Assembly (NCBI GenBank): GCA_051652765.1
Contig: JBOFUV010000063.1
Location: 1-24,262, forward strand
DNA: 24,262 nt
Origin: Microcoleaceae cyanobacterium
GTDB taxonomy: Bacteria > Cyanobacteriota > Cyanobacteriia > Cyanobacteriales > Microcoleaceae
Direction of reading: 5' to 3'
The position numbers were made by a program, and so were the translations under genes. The notes under the pieces are model-generated. The model ran no database searches, was not told the origin of the DNA, and saw only the letters and a program-made list of their open reading frames with translations. Positions 9,391-18,620 of this stretch are shown here, in pieces; within the stretch, counting starts at the first letter, position 1, and every line of letters begins with the position of its first letter.

Positions 9391-9404
9391 TGAAGGGTTG
9401 TCTA

Positions 9405-9505
9405 AATTCGCACACCTAGGGTTCGGGTGTCTCAGCAACTCTCCCGGCTAAGGCTTGGAAAGTTGGCTTCACGAGATGCGCCTGGGTGGAGGATAAACCC
9501 GAACA
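9405..9505 (+). ncRNA. rpsB 5' leader (t44-like S2 autoregulatory RNA)
   Basis: ATTCGCACACC..TTCGGGT at the 5' side and GGGTGGAGG..ACCCGAA at the 3' side. CACACC/GGGTG and TTCGGGT/ACCCGAA can pair. Lies directly upstream of rpsB. Confidence 0.75.
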
Positions 9506-9519
9506 AGGAGAATTAAATT

Positions 9520-10326
9520 ATGCCCGTTATCAGCCTTGCAGAAATGCTGGAGGCAGGAGTTCACTTTGGACACCAGACTCGTCGCTGGAATCCCAAAATG
9601 TCTCCTTACATCTATACAGAGCGGAATGGAGTCCACATCATTGATCTCGTGCAGACTGCACAATTGATGGAGGGAGCCTACGAATACTTAAGAAATTCCT
9701 CAGAACAAGGCAAGAAATTCTTGTTTGTGGGAACGAAACGTCAGGCTGCTGGAATTGTTGCTCAAGAAGCCCTGCGCTGTGGTTCCAACTACGTGAACCA
9801 GCGGTGGTTAGGGGGAATGCTGACTAACTGGACAACGATTAAGAACCGTGCAGACCGCTTGAAACAGTTGGAGTATCGGGAAGAAAGTGGTCAGCTTGAC
9901 TACTTGCCCAAGAAAGAAGCCTCTGTCCTGCGACGGGAATTGGAGAAGCTACAAAAATACTTGGGTGGGATTAAAACCATGCGCCGGGTTCCAGACGCGG
10001 TAATTTTGGTGGATCAGCGTCGGGAATACAACGCTGTGATGGAGTGCCGGAAGTTGGATATTCCGATCATTGCTTTGTTGGATACAAACTGTGATCCTGA
10101 CTTGGCTGACATTCATATCCCTTCCAACGACGATGCAATTCGAGCGATCAAGCTGATTCTAGGTAAACTAGCTGATGCGATTTACGAAGGTCGTCATGGT
10201 CAGCAAGATGAGGAAATGGGAGACGAAGACTATGACTACGAGGGCGTTGAGGATGATTATCCGGAGGAAGAATTTGAGCCTGATTCAGAGCCGGATGTCG
10301 AAGCAAGCCCTGAGGAAGAAGAGTAG
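9520..10326 (+). CDS. rpsB: 30S ribosomal protein S2
   Basis: [53 protein letters not shown]; acidic tail; RBS AAGGAG. Confidence 0.98.
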   Translation: MPVISLAEMLEAGVHFGHQTRRWNPKMSPYIYTERNGVHIIDLVQTAQLMEGAYEYLRNSSEQGKKFLFVGTKRQAAGIVAQEALRCGSNYVNQRWLGGMLTNWTTIKNRADRLKQLEYREESGQLDYLPKKEASVLRRELEKLQKYLGGIKTMRRVPDAVILVDQRREYNAVMECRKLDIPIIALLDTNCDPDLADIHIPSNDDAIRAIKLILGKLADAIYEGRHGQQDEEMGDEDYDYEGVEDDYPEEEFEPDSEPDVEASPEEEE

Positions 10327-10379
10327 CTTAAGACTGAACTCAACTGACACGCCATAGGCAAGTCATACCCTTGACCAAC

Positions 10380-10411
10380 AGCAAGTGGACAATACATTGT
10401 CCACTTGCTTT
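10380..10411 (+). terminator. Strong hairpin, probable rpsB terminator
   Basis: Perfect 14-bp inverted repeat AGCAAGTGGACAAT-ac-ATTGTCCACTTGCT with a short T tail, 54 nt after the rpsB stop. Confidence 0.65.
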
Positions 10412-10507
10412 CGAGTATCAAATCCGTTTTGATGAATATAGGTTAATACAGTCAGTGTTGCCTGTACTGTGACTGGCCTACATTCAATTGGACTTGGTAT
10501 TGCACTC

Positions 10508-11932
10508 ATGAACCCAGAGATATTGGCAAAACTGCGGGACTTCTGTCGAGATGATGCGGCGTTTGAGCAACTGAAGCAGACTCTCACGCAGGAAGTTCAG
10601 CCCTTAAAGCAAGAAATTAGTCAGGTGAATCTTCAGGTCGAGCAGCAGAAAGCCCTGTTTCGAGTGATTGCTTGCCTGCGGGAATATCTGGATATGGAAA
10701 CGATTTTTCGAGCCACTACCGTTGAGGTGCGTCAACTCCTCGCAGCAGACCGAGTGGGCATGTTTCGCTTCTATCCAGATTCTGGCTGGAATGATGGAGA
10801 ATTTGTGTCGGAGGATGTTGATCCGGCTTTTTCGTCAGCTATGGCACAAAAGGTTCATGATCACTGTTTCGGGGATCAGTTTGCGGTTCACTACCAGCAG
10901 GGTCGGGTTCAGGCTGTTGCTGATATTTACAATGAGGGACTGAGTGATTGCCACATTCAAGTTTTGTCTCAGTTTCAAGTGCGGGCTAACTTGGCTGTAC
11001 CCCTTTTGCAAGGTCAGAAACTCTGGGGGTTGCTCTGTATTCATCAGTGCTCTGCCCCTCGCCAGTGGCAAGAACTTGAAATCGAGTTTGTCAATCAAAT
11101 TGCCAATCACTTGGGGGTTGCCCTCCAACACGCCGAACTTCTAGCAGATCTGCGAACAGAAGTTCTGGAGCGGCAGCAGGCTGAGCAACAAGTCCAGGAG
11201 CTAAACCAAGGGCTGCGGCAAGCTATTATCGAGCTGCAAGCCGTTAATAAGGAGTTGGAAGCCTTTAGCTACTCTGTCTCCCATGACTTGCGTGCCCCCT
11301 TACGCAGTATTGATGGCTTTAGTCAGGCACTTTTAGAAGATTGCTACGACCAACTGGATATCACGGGGCAGGACTATTTGCGCCGGATTCGATTTGCAAC
11401 GCAACGGATGGGGCATTTAATTGATGACCTTCTCACCCTCTCACAAGTCACCCGTAGCAATATGCACCTAGAGTCCGTGGATCTAAGCGCGATCGCCAGT
11501 CGGATTTGCAGTGATTTATATCAGAGCCAGCCAGAGCGCCTAGTGGAGTTTGTGATTCAATCTGAGGCGTGGGCTCAAGGTGATGCTCCTCTGCTGCAGG
11601 TCGTGTTGGAGAACTTGCTGAGTAACGCCTGGAAGTTTACCTCTAAACACCTCCAGGCCACGATTGAATTTGGCATTATTCCTCAGGACAGTGGGATTTC
11701 TACATACTTTGTTCGAGATAACGGCGTAGGCTTTGACATGGCCTATGTTAGTAAGTTGTTTGGGCCGTTCCAACGACTCCATGGAATGCGTGACTTTCCA
11801 GGCAATGGTATTGGATTAGCAACTGTACAACGGATTGTGCATCGACATGGGGGCCAAGTCTGGGCAGAAGGGGCCATAGACCAAGGGGCAACATTTTACT
11901 TTACATTAGAGGAGAAGGCAGTTGAGGCATGA
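10508..11932 (+). CDS. DXCF-type cyanobacteriochrome: single bilin-binding GAF + histidine kinase (DpxA-like)
   Basis: [22 protein letters not shown] (DXCF, second Cys)..LSDCHIQVL (CH, first Cys)..[13 protein letters not shown]; His[20 protein letters not shown]; HATPase [25 protein letters not shown] at 10508. Confidence 0.88.
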   Translation: MNPEILAKLRDFCRDDAAFEQLKQTLTQEVQPLKQEISQVNLQVEQQKALFRVIACLREYLDMETIFRATTVEVRQLLAADRVGMFRFYPDSGWNDGEFVSEDVDPAFSSAMAQKVHDHCFGDQFAVHYQQGRVQAVADIYNEGLSDCHIQVLSQFQVRANLAVPLLQGQKLWGLLCIHQCSAPRQWQELEIEFVNQIANHLGVALQHAELLADLRTEVLERQQAEQQVQELNQGLRQAIIELQAVNKELEAFSYSVSHDLRAPLRSIDGFSQALLEDCYDQLDITGQDYLRRIRFATQRMGHLIDDLLTLSQVTRSNMHLESVDLSAIASRICSDLYQSQPERLVEFVIQSEAWAQGDAPLLQVVLENLLSNAWKFTSKHLQATIEFGIIPQDSGISTYFVRDNGVGFDMAYVSKLFGPFQRLHGMRDFPGNGIGLATVQRIVHRHGGQVWAEGAIDQGATFYFTLEEKAVEA

Positions 11933-12420
11933 GTGTGGGTATAAGCAACAAAATCATTCTTCTGGTGGAAGATAATCCCGATGATGAAGCGCTGGCAATC
12001 CGTGCCCTGAAACGTCATCATATTAGTAATCAGGTTGTGGTCGTCCATGATGGAGTTGAAGCCTTAGATTATCTATTTGGGGTAGGCACGTATGCGGGAC
12101 GAGACGTTAGTATTAGGCCAACTGTGATTTTGCTAGATCTGAAGTTACCTCGCCTCGATGGGCTCGAAGTCTTACGTCGATTGAGAGCAGATGAAAACAC
12201 AAAGCTATTGCCTGTGGTGGTCTTGACCACCTCCAGCGAAGAGCAAGATATGCTGAACAGTTATAACCTGGGATGTAATAGCTATATCCGTAAGCCCGTA
12301 GATTTTATCCAGTTTTCTGAGGCCATCCACCAACTGGGAATGTACTGGCTACTGATGAATGAACCACCGCCCCCCCTTGAAAAAACAGATTTTGAAACAG
12401 CAGATTTGAGAGATAGTTAA
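11929..12420 (+). CDS. Single-domain response regulator, Rcp1-like
   Basis: [50 protein letters not shown]; 4-nt ATGA overlap with the kinase gene. Confidence 0.9.
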   Translation: MSVGISNKIILLVEDNPDDEALAIRALKRHHISNQVVVVHDGVEALDYLFGVGTYAGRDVSIRPTVILLDLKLPRLDGLEVLRRLRADENTKLLPVVVLTTSSEEQDMLNSYNLGCNSYIRKPVDFIQFSEAIHQLGMYWLLMNEPPPPLEKTDFETADLRDS

Positions 12421-12439
12421 ATTTGAGAGATAGCTAAAG

Positions 12440-15400
12440 ATGAACCCTCACCTGCACGTCTTGATTGTTGAAGATTCAGAAGACGACATGTTCCTAGTGC
12501 TACGGGAACTCCGTCGAGGTGGTTATGTTCCAGATTATGTTCGGGTGGACACTCCAACCGCCATGCAAGCCGCTCTAGAACAGCAGTCCTGGGATGTGGT
12601 GATTGCTGACTATAGCCTACCTGCATTTAGTGCTCCAGAAGCCCTAAAACTTCTTCAACAACAACAGCAGGATTTACCATTCATTATTGTCTCCGGCACT
12701 ATTGGGGAGGAAGTTGCTGTTGCTGCCCTGAAAGCGGGAGCCCATGATTATCTGATCAAAGGTAATTTGGCCCGGTTGGTACCTGCTGTTGAACGAGAGT
12801 TGCGGGAGGCCGAGGAACGACAGAAACGACATCAGGCAGAAGAGGATTTGAGGCAAAGCGAACAAAAGTTTCGGGCCATTTTTGATAGTACCTTCCAATT
12901 CATGGGCCTCTTAACCGTTGAAGGGATTGTGGTCGAAGCCAATCAGACCTCCCTAGATGTTATTGCGGCTGACTTAACTGAGGTGATCGGACAACCGTTA
13001 TGGAAAACGCCGTGGTGGAGCAACTGTTCGCAGCAACAAGCGAAACTAAGAGAGGCGATCGCCCAGGCAGCCCAGGGCGAATTAGTCCGTTTTGAGTCCC
13101 AGCATATTTGGGCAGATGGCTCCTTGGCATTTGTAGACTTTTCCCTGAAACCTGTGTTTGATGACGCTGGGAACGTGGTCATGTTAATTCCGGAGGGACG
13201 GGATATTACGGCTCGCAGGCACGCTGAAGCCCAACTCCGCCAGCGTGAAGAATTTCTCAGCAGTATCTATGAAGGTGCGGAGCAAGCTGTTTTTGTAATT
13301 GAGGTAACCCCAGGCAGAAACTTCTACTACCTGACCTCCAATCCAGTGTCTGAGCGGTATACCGGAGTCACCAGTCAGTCTATTCAGGGCAAGACCCCAG
13401 AAGAGGCATTTGGCCCCGATCTAGGGGCAACACTCCGGCAAAATTATGATCGTTGTCTGCACGCAGGCACCAGCATTTCCTACGAAGAGCACCTAACATT
13501 TCAGAACAATAGAATATGGACACTGACTACCCTCTCTCCGCTACGAGATGACCAGGGAGGCATCTATCGCCTTGTGGTTACAGCTACGAACATTAGCGAT
13601 CGCAAACGGGCAGAGGCGGATCTGGAACGATTAAATGCGGCCTTGAGCCATGCCATAGATGGGATTTCACTGCTGAATCAACACGGACACTACGTTCAGG
13701 TCAATCAAGCCTATGCCAGCATGATGGGGTACTCCCCGGAAGCCATGGTTGGAATGGGGTGGCAACGAACAGTTCATCCTGATGATTTAGACCGATTGCG
13801 GGTGGCCTATGAGCAGATGCGGCATCAGGGCAAAGTAGAAGCTGAAGTCCGGGGAGTTCGCCAAGATGGTTCCGTCTTCTATAAGCAAGTTGTGATGGTT
13901 GCAGACTATGACACCAACCAGCAATTGACGGGACACTATTGTTTTGTGAAGGACATTAGCGATCGCCATCGGGCGGAGGCAGAACTCCGGGAATCAGAAG
14001 CACGCTATCGTCTGCTATTTGAAAGTAACCCTAACCCCATGTGGGTATTTGACCTGGAAACTCTGGCCTTTCTGGCCGTGAATCAGGCAGCCATCGCCCA
14101 TTACGGGTATTCTCAGTCAGACTTTTTGACCCTGACCCTTGCAGATATTCTAGTGCCAGAAGAACTCCCTGCCTTGTACCAGGCCCGCGCCAACCTGGCA
14201 CTAGAGCAAAGATATCTGGGAGTGTGGAAACATGTGAAGAAAGATGGCACTGTGATTTTGGTTGAGGCATTGGCCCACACTTTTATATTTGCAGGCAAAC
14301 GGGCAAACTTGGTGCTGCTGAATGACATCACGGCTCGTTTGCAAGCAGAACAAAAAGTTCATGAACAGGCCGCTTTGCTCGACATTACCGCAGATGCAAT
14401 TGTTGTGTGCGATCTGGAACATTGCCTCCTGTTCTGGAACAAAGGATCTGAGCGCTTATACGGTTGGGATGTGACCGAAGCCCTTGGGCAACTGGTGACT
14501 GAGCTGTTGTATCCACCGGGAGAAACCTTACCCCAATTAACAGTGATTCAAGCCGCTCTGGCCCAAGAGAGCCAATGGCAGGGGGAATTGCAGCAAATCA
14601 CCAAAACTGGCAAACCGATCATTGTTCAAAGTCGGTGGACATTAGTGCGGGATGAAATGGGCAACCCTAAATCTATTCTGGTGGTGAACACTGATATCAC
14701 CGAGAAAAAGCAACTGGAAGTTCAATTCTTACGGGCTCAACGGCTAGAAAGCCTCGGCACCTTGGCCAGTGGCATTGCCCATGACTTTAATAACATTCTC
14801 ACCCCTATTTTGACTGCCGCTCAACTCCTACCCCTGAAGCTGCCCAACCTGGATGAGTCGAGTCAAAACTTGCTGAAGCTGATCGAAGACAGCACTAGAC
14901 GGGGAGCCGATCTGGTCAAGCAAATTCTGACCTTTGCCCGTGGGGTAGAAGGCAAGCGAGTTCCGCTACAAGTTAGGCATTTATTGTCGGAGGTGGGGCA
15001 AGTCGTCCGCCGTACCTTCCCCAAAACGATTGAAGTTTGCAGTGATATCTCTAGAACCAACCTCTGGACAGTTTCTGCCGATGCCACCCAACTCCATCAA
15101 GTCTTCATGAACCTTTGTGTAAACGCTCGGGACGCTATGCCGAATGGAGGTACCCTCAGTCTTTCCGTCGAAAATCAAATCATTGATGCCGCCTATACCC
15201 GCATGAATCTAGAGGCTCAGTTGGGATCTTATGTTGTGATTACGGTGGCAGATACGGGCATGGGGATTCCTCCAGAATTACTGGATCGGATTTTTGACCC
15301 CTTTTTTACAACCAAAGAGCCCGGAAAAGGAACGGGACTTGGGCTATCCACGGTTTTAGGCATTGTTAAAAACCACGGCGGCTTTCTCAAGCTCTACAGC

Positions 15401-15871
15401 GAGATTGGCAAGGGAACTCAGTTTAAAGTGTACTTACCTGCAATTCAAGATCTGATTACTCCTCAGGCAAAAGAACTCACAACTTTTTCCGGACATCAAG
15501 AATTAATTTTGATTGTCGATGATGAGCCGCTGATCCAACAGGTGACTCAAACGGTATTAGAAACCTACAATTACAGAACTCTGGTTGCCAGTGATGGAGT
15601 TGAGGCGATCGCCCTCTATGCCATATACAAACAGGAGATCAGTGTCATCTTGATGGATATCATGATGCCGTCAATGGATGGCTTGACCGCAATCCGTACC
15701 CTGAAACGACTCAATTCCCAAGTTAAGGTGATTGCAGTGAGTGGTCTAGCCTCAAACAGTCAGTTTGCTCAGGGATCGGGTCTTGAGATCAAGGCATTTC
15801 TATCGAAGCCCTACACGGCACAGGAGTTATGTGATACTTTGCAGACCGTTTTGAGTCCGGCTAATGCTTAA
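12440..15871 (+). CDS. Hybrid histidine kinase: REC + ~5 PAS/PAC + HisKA/HATPase + REC
   Basis: N-terminal [16 protein letters not shown]; repeated DITAR/NISDR/DISDR/DITEK PAC ends; [11 protein letters not shown]-box; [17 protein letters not shown]-terminal LIVDDE..MDIMMP..KPY. Confidence 0.92.
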   Translation: MNPHLHVLIVEDSEDDMFLVLRELRRGGYVPDYVRVDTPTAMQAALEQQSWDVVIADYSLPAFSAPEALKLLQQQQQDLPFIIVSGTIGEEVAVAALKAGAHDYLIKGNLARLVPAVERELREAEERQKRHQAEEDLRQSEQKFRAIFDSTFQFMGLLTVEGIVVEANQTSLDVIAADLTEVIGQPLWKTPWWSNCSQQQAKLREAIAQAAQGELVRFESQHIWADGSLAFVDFSLKPVFDDAGNVVMLIPEGRDITARRHAEAQLRQREEFLSSIYEGAEQAVFVIEVTPGRNFYYLTSNPVSERYTGVTSQSIQGKTPEEAFGPDLGATLRQNYDRCLHAGTSISYEEHLTFQNNRIWTLTTLSPLRDDQGGIYRLVVTATNISDRKRAEADLERLNAALSHAIDGISLLNQHGHYVQVNQAYASMMGYSPEAMVGMGWQRTVHPDDLDRLRVAYEQMRHQGKVEAEVRGVRQDGSVFYKQVVMVADYDTNQQLTGHYCFVKDISDRHRAEAELRESEARYRLLFESNPNPMWVFDLETLAFLAVNQAAIAHYGYSQSDFLTLTLADILVPEELPALYQARANLALEQRYLGVWKHVKKDGTVILVEALAHTFIFAGKRANLVLLNDITARLQAEQKVHEQAALLDITADAIVVCDLEHCLLFWNKGSERLYGWDVTEALGQLVTELLYPPGETLPQLTVIQAALAQESQWQGELQQITKTGKPIIVQSRWTLVRDEMGNPKSILVVNTDITEKKQLEVQFLRAQRLESLGTLASGIAHDFNNILTPILTAAQLLPLKLPNLDESSQNLLKLIEDSTRRGADLVKQILTFARGVEGKRVPLQVRHLLSEVGQVVRRTFPKTIEVCSDISRTNLWTVSADATQLHQVFMNLCVNARDAMPNGGTLSLSVENQIIDAAYTRMNLEAQLGSYVVITVADTGMGIPPELLDRIFDPFFTTKEPGKGTGLGLSTVLGIVKNHGGFLKLYSEIGKGTQFKVYLPAIQDLITPQAKELTTFSGHQELILIVDDEPLIQQVTQTVLETYNYRTLVASDGVEAIALYAIYKQEISVILMDIMMPSMDGLTAIRTLKRLNSQVKVIAVSGLASNSQFAQGSGLEIKAFLSKPYTAQELCDTLQTVLSPANA

Positions 15872-15915
15872 AGTAATTCTGAAAGGGTTGGGTCTCCTCA
15901 AAAAGTAATGAGTTC

Positions 15916-15955
15916 GCCCCCCCTAAATCCCCCAATTCTGGGGGATTTAGGGGGC
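15916..15955. repeat. Palindromic small dispersed repeat (REP-like)
   Basis: CCCCCTAAATCCCCCA-ATTC-TGGGGGATTTAGGGGG, a perfect 16-bp stem of the cyanobacterial CCCCCTAAATCCCCC repeat type. Confidence 0.75.
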
Positions 15956-16029
15956 ATGGCATTTGTCTCAGGAGCTTGCTAGAATTATAGTGAATTTCAC
16001 CAATTTTAACGCTCGCCCAACTCAACCCT

Positions 16030-17727
16030 ATGAAGATTGCGATCGCCCAACTCAACCCCACCGTAGGCGACCTTGTTGGCAATTCAGAACTAATCCTCCA
16101 AGCCTCTCAGCGTGCTGTTGAGGCTGATTGTCAATTGATGCTGACTACGGAACTCGCATTAACAGGCTATCCTCCCCGAGATCTGTTGAGCTATCCCAGC
16201 TTTATTGAGGCAGCCATGACTCAGCTCAATCAGTTGGCAGCCCAACTCCCCCTGACTCTAGCTGTTTTGGTGGGAGTCACTCAACCCAATTCCATTGCAG
16301 CTCAACAGGGTGAAAAACCCCTATTCAATAGTGTTGCTCTGATTCAAAATGGTCAGGTGCAACACTTTTTTCAGAAGCGCTTGCTGCCTACCTACGATGT
16401 ATTTGACGAAGATCGCTATTTTGAACCGGGGAAGACAAGTGGTTCTTTCAGCTTGCCATTAACGTCAGGCGATCGCTTAAAGATTGGGGTCACTATCTGC
16501 GAGGATTTGTGGAACGATGAAGAATTTTGGGGGAGACGAAGTTATCGTTGTAATCCACTCAAAGACTTGGCTGATCAAGGCGTAAATCTGATTGTCAATC
16601 TCTCGGCATCTCCCTATCAAGTCGGCAAACAAAAGCTGAGAAACGAGATGTTGATCCATGGGGCAAAACATTATCACCTACCGATTCTCTACAGTAATCA
16701 AGTGGGAGGGAATGATGATCTGATTTTTGATGGTTGTAGCCTTGGATTGAATCAATCGGGAGAACAGGTCATGACTCTATCCGCCTTCTCCTCAGACTTT
16801 GCAGTGATTGAACTGAATGAGGCAACCCTGGATTTAAAGGGCTTAACAGCTAACTCAAATTCAGTTTCCATGCCTGCTTGTCCTAATGAAGAGATTTGGT
16901 TGGCCCTAGTCTTGGGAGTGAAAGATTACGTCCAAAAGTGTGGATTTTCCAAGGTTGTGCTGGGATTAAGTGGCGGGATAGATTCTGCTTTTGTGGCGGC
17001 GATCGCAACAGCCGCTTTGGGGTCAGACAATGTCTTGGGGATTTTGATGCCCTCTCCGTACAGTTCCGATCATTCCGTCAAAGATGCGTTAGAACTGGCC
17101 AAAAACCTAGGAATTCAGACGCAAATTTTACCGATTGCAGACTTGATGAAAACCTTCGATCAAGCTTTGTTGCCTTTGTTCTCCGGCACAGAATTTGGGA
17201 TTGCCGAGGAAAATATTCAATCCCGAATTCGTGGAACGTTGTTGATGGGGATTTCCAACAAATTTGGTCATTTGTTACTCTCAACGGGGAACAAATCTGA
17301 GATGGCAGTCGGATATTGTACCCTTTACGGCGATATGAATGGCGGACTGGCCGTGATTGCTGACGTGCCCAAGACTCGGGTTTACTCAATTTGTCACTGG
17401 TTAAATCAGAGTCGCGAGATTGTAATTCCGACCAATATACTGACTAAACCTGCCAGCGCTGAACTGAAACCCGGACAAATCGATCAGGATTCCCTGCCCC
17501 CCTATGAAATTTTAGATGATATTCTGTATCGCCTCGTAGAGCAGCATCAATCGATTCAAACTATTCTTGCAGCAGGACATGATCCGGCAACAGTGGACAG
17601 GGTGATGAAATTAGTCCTCCGGGCTGAGTTCAAACGCCGTCAGGCTCCTCCCGGCCTTAAGATCAGTAATCGCGCATTTGGCACTGGATGGCGAATGCCG
17701 ATTGCCAAGAAGATTAGTGGGTCGTAA
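16030..17727 (+). CDS. nadE: Glutamine-dependent NAD+ synthetase
   Basis: Nitrilase-like glutaminase domain MKIAIAQLNP..ELALTGYPPRDL..KRLLPTYDVFDEDRYF..ICEDLW; synthetase domain GLSGGIDS..EENIQSRIRG..TGNKSE..SAELKPGQ.DQDSLPPY..AEFKRRQ. Confidence 0.96.
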   Translation: MKIAIAQLNPTVGDLVGNSELILQASQRAVEADCQLMLTTELALTGYPPRDLLSYPSFIEAAMTQLNQLAAQLPLTLAVLVGVTQPNSIAAQQGEKPLFNSVALIQNGQVQHFFQKRLLPTYDVFDEDRYFEPGKTSGSFSLPLTSGDRLKIGVTICEDLWNDEEFWGRRSYRCNPLKDLADQGVNLIVNLSASPYQVGKQKLRNEMLIHGAKHYHLPILYSNQVGGNDDLIFDGCSLGLNQSGEQVMTLSAFSSDFAVIELNEATLDLKGLTANSNSVSMPACPNEEIWLALVLGVKDYVQKCGFSKVVLGLSGGIDSAFVAAIATAALGSDNVLGILMPSPYSSDHSVKDALELAKNLGIQTQILPIADLMKTFDQALLPLFSGTEFGIAEENIQSRIRGTLLMGISNKFGHLLLSTGNKSEMAVGYCTLYGDMNGGLAVIADVPKTRVYSICHWLNQSREIVIPTNILTKPASAELKPGQIDQDSLPPYEILDDILYRLVEQHQSIQTILAAGHDPATVDRVMKLVLRAEFKRRQAPPGLKISNRAFGTGWRMPIAKKISGS

Positions 17728-17740
17728 GCTCGGATCTCTT

Positions 17741-17760
17741 AATGTAGCCCTGAATACATT
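17741..17760. promoter_or_regulatory. Putative NtcA-binding site
   Basis: aatGTA-gccctgaa-TACatt is a perfect TGTA-N8-TACA box with extended AAT/ATT symmetry; GTA at 17744, TAC ends at 17757. Confidence 0.65.
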
Positions 17761-17816
17761 TTGTGAGTTTTTCTTGACAAGACTGATCAATCCAGTGCAT
17801 ATTTCCGGAATTGCGG

Positions 17817-17825
17817 TGCTATGAT
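17817..17825 (+). promoter_or_regulatory. Extended -10 promoter element
   Basis: TG-C-TATGAT. Predicts a TSS near 17832, about 13 nt before the riboswitch aptamer. Confidence 0.55.
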
Positions 17826-17842
17826 CTGTGAAGAAAAAATAA

Positions 17843-17930
17843 GTCGTTCATCTCCCCCAACCGCTGAATCAATTTTTGGGCTCTAGCGATCGAGGAAGAC
17901 GGAAGTAGGGTTAAACCCCGAAGGAACGTA
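17843..17930 (+). ncRNA. Glutamine riboswitch aptamer (glnA RNA motif) with extended P2
   Basis: P1 CGTTC(17845-49)/GAACG(17924-28); 5' CGTTCATCT; junction AGACGGAAGTA; P3 GGG-TTAAA-CCC; 3' CGAAGGAACG. This matches the glnA-motif consensus CGUUCAUCU..AGACGGAAGUAGG..CCGAAGGAACG. Confidence 0.85.
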
Positions 17931-17965
17931 CAACTTTTAATCCTTTGATAGTAGGAGAAACGGTT

Positions 17966-18184
17966 GTGGTAGTGCTGCCTTCCTTAATTTATTTGTCCAT
18001 CTCTGGTTTGGCCGCTCTTCTGAGCATTGCCGTCAGTGAAGAGATTGTTCAAGTCTTTTCCAGGGGTGTTGCGATTTGTTGCTTGATTCTTGGCCTTGTC
18101 TCAGCGCCATTATTGATGCTTTTGATTCTTGCAACTCCGTTGCTGGGATGGCAACTTCGTGAACAGTTGCAGAGAAATTTTTGA
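17966..18184 (+). CDS. Small hypothetical membrane protein (72 aa) downstream of the glutamine riboswitch
   Basis: RBS AGGAG (17953-57), 8-nt spacer, GTG at 17966: MVVLPSLIYLSISGLAALLSIAVSEEIVQVFSRGVAICCLILGLVSAPLLMLLILATPLLGWQLREQLQRNF, with 2-3 hydrophobic helices around an EEIVQ loop. Confidence 0.7.
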   Translation: MVVLPSLIYLSISGLAALLSIAVSEEIVQVFSRGVAICCLILGLVSAPLLMLLILATPLLGWQLREQLQRNF

Positions 18185-18222
18185 CAGTTTTTTTAAGTGA
18201 CGTTTGGTGTTGCTGGATAGCG

Positions 18223-18505
18223 GATCAACAACGCAGGTTTGATGAAAGATCAACGCGGGTATGGCATGAGATCAACGCGGGTTTAATGAAAGCTCAACGC
18301 GGGTTTAGTAAAAGATCAATGCGGGTAGGGAGTGAGATCAACGCGGGTTTAGTAAAAGATCAACGCGGGTTTAATGAAAGATCAATGCGGGTTTAGTAAA
18401 AGATCAATGCGGGTAGGGAGTGAGATCAACGCGGGTTTAGTAAAAGATCAACGCGGGTAGGGAGTGAGATCAAGTTGATCATGCTCTGTGATCAACGCGG
18501 GTAGG
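18223..18505. repeat. 22-bp-period tandem array: AGATCAA(C/T)GCGGGT core + 8-nt variable spacer, 13 units
   Basis: Cores start at 18248, 18270, 18292, 18314, 18336, 18358, 18380, 18402, 18424, 18446, 18468 (degenerate) and 18490, with a degenerate first unit at ~18223-18226. Confidence 0.92.
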
Positions 18506-18512
18506 ATGACTG

Positions 18513-18612
18513 CCCTCACCCTAAATCCCTCTCCCAGAGGGGGAGAGGGACTTTAACCACCAATTCTGGCTCCCCTTCTCCCGTCTTGGGAGAAGGGGTT
18601 GGGGGATGAGGG
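18513..18612. repeat. Composite palindromic dispersed repeat (REP/SDR-like, 100 bp)
   Basis: Outer IR CCCTCACCC../..GGGATGAGGG enclosing two hairpins, TCCCTCTCCC-agagg-GGGAGAGGGA and CCCCTTCTCCC-gtctt-GGGAGAAGGGG. Confidence 0.8.
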
Positions 18613-18620
18613 ATAATGTT

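Noticed and set aside
17774..17803. Sigma70 promoter from TTGACA at 17774
   Set aside because: The only -10 candidate at suitable spacing is a weak CATATT. The extended -10 at 17817-25 fits the aptamer position better, though this alternative is not fully excluded.
18181..18396. 71-aa ORF across the array
   Set aside because: TTG start without an RBS; a 22-nt period cycles through frames, so the peptide is a by-product of the repeat.
18223..18505. CRISPR array or TIGR-like guide array
   Set aside because: The repeat (14 bp) and spacers (8 nt) are far too short for CRISPR, the spacers recur, and there are no cas genes. There are no alternating edge/loop repeats and no Nop-domain gene as expected for TIGR-Tas.
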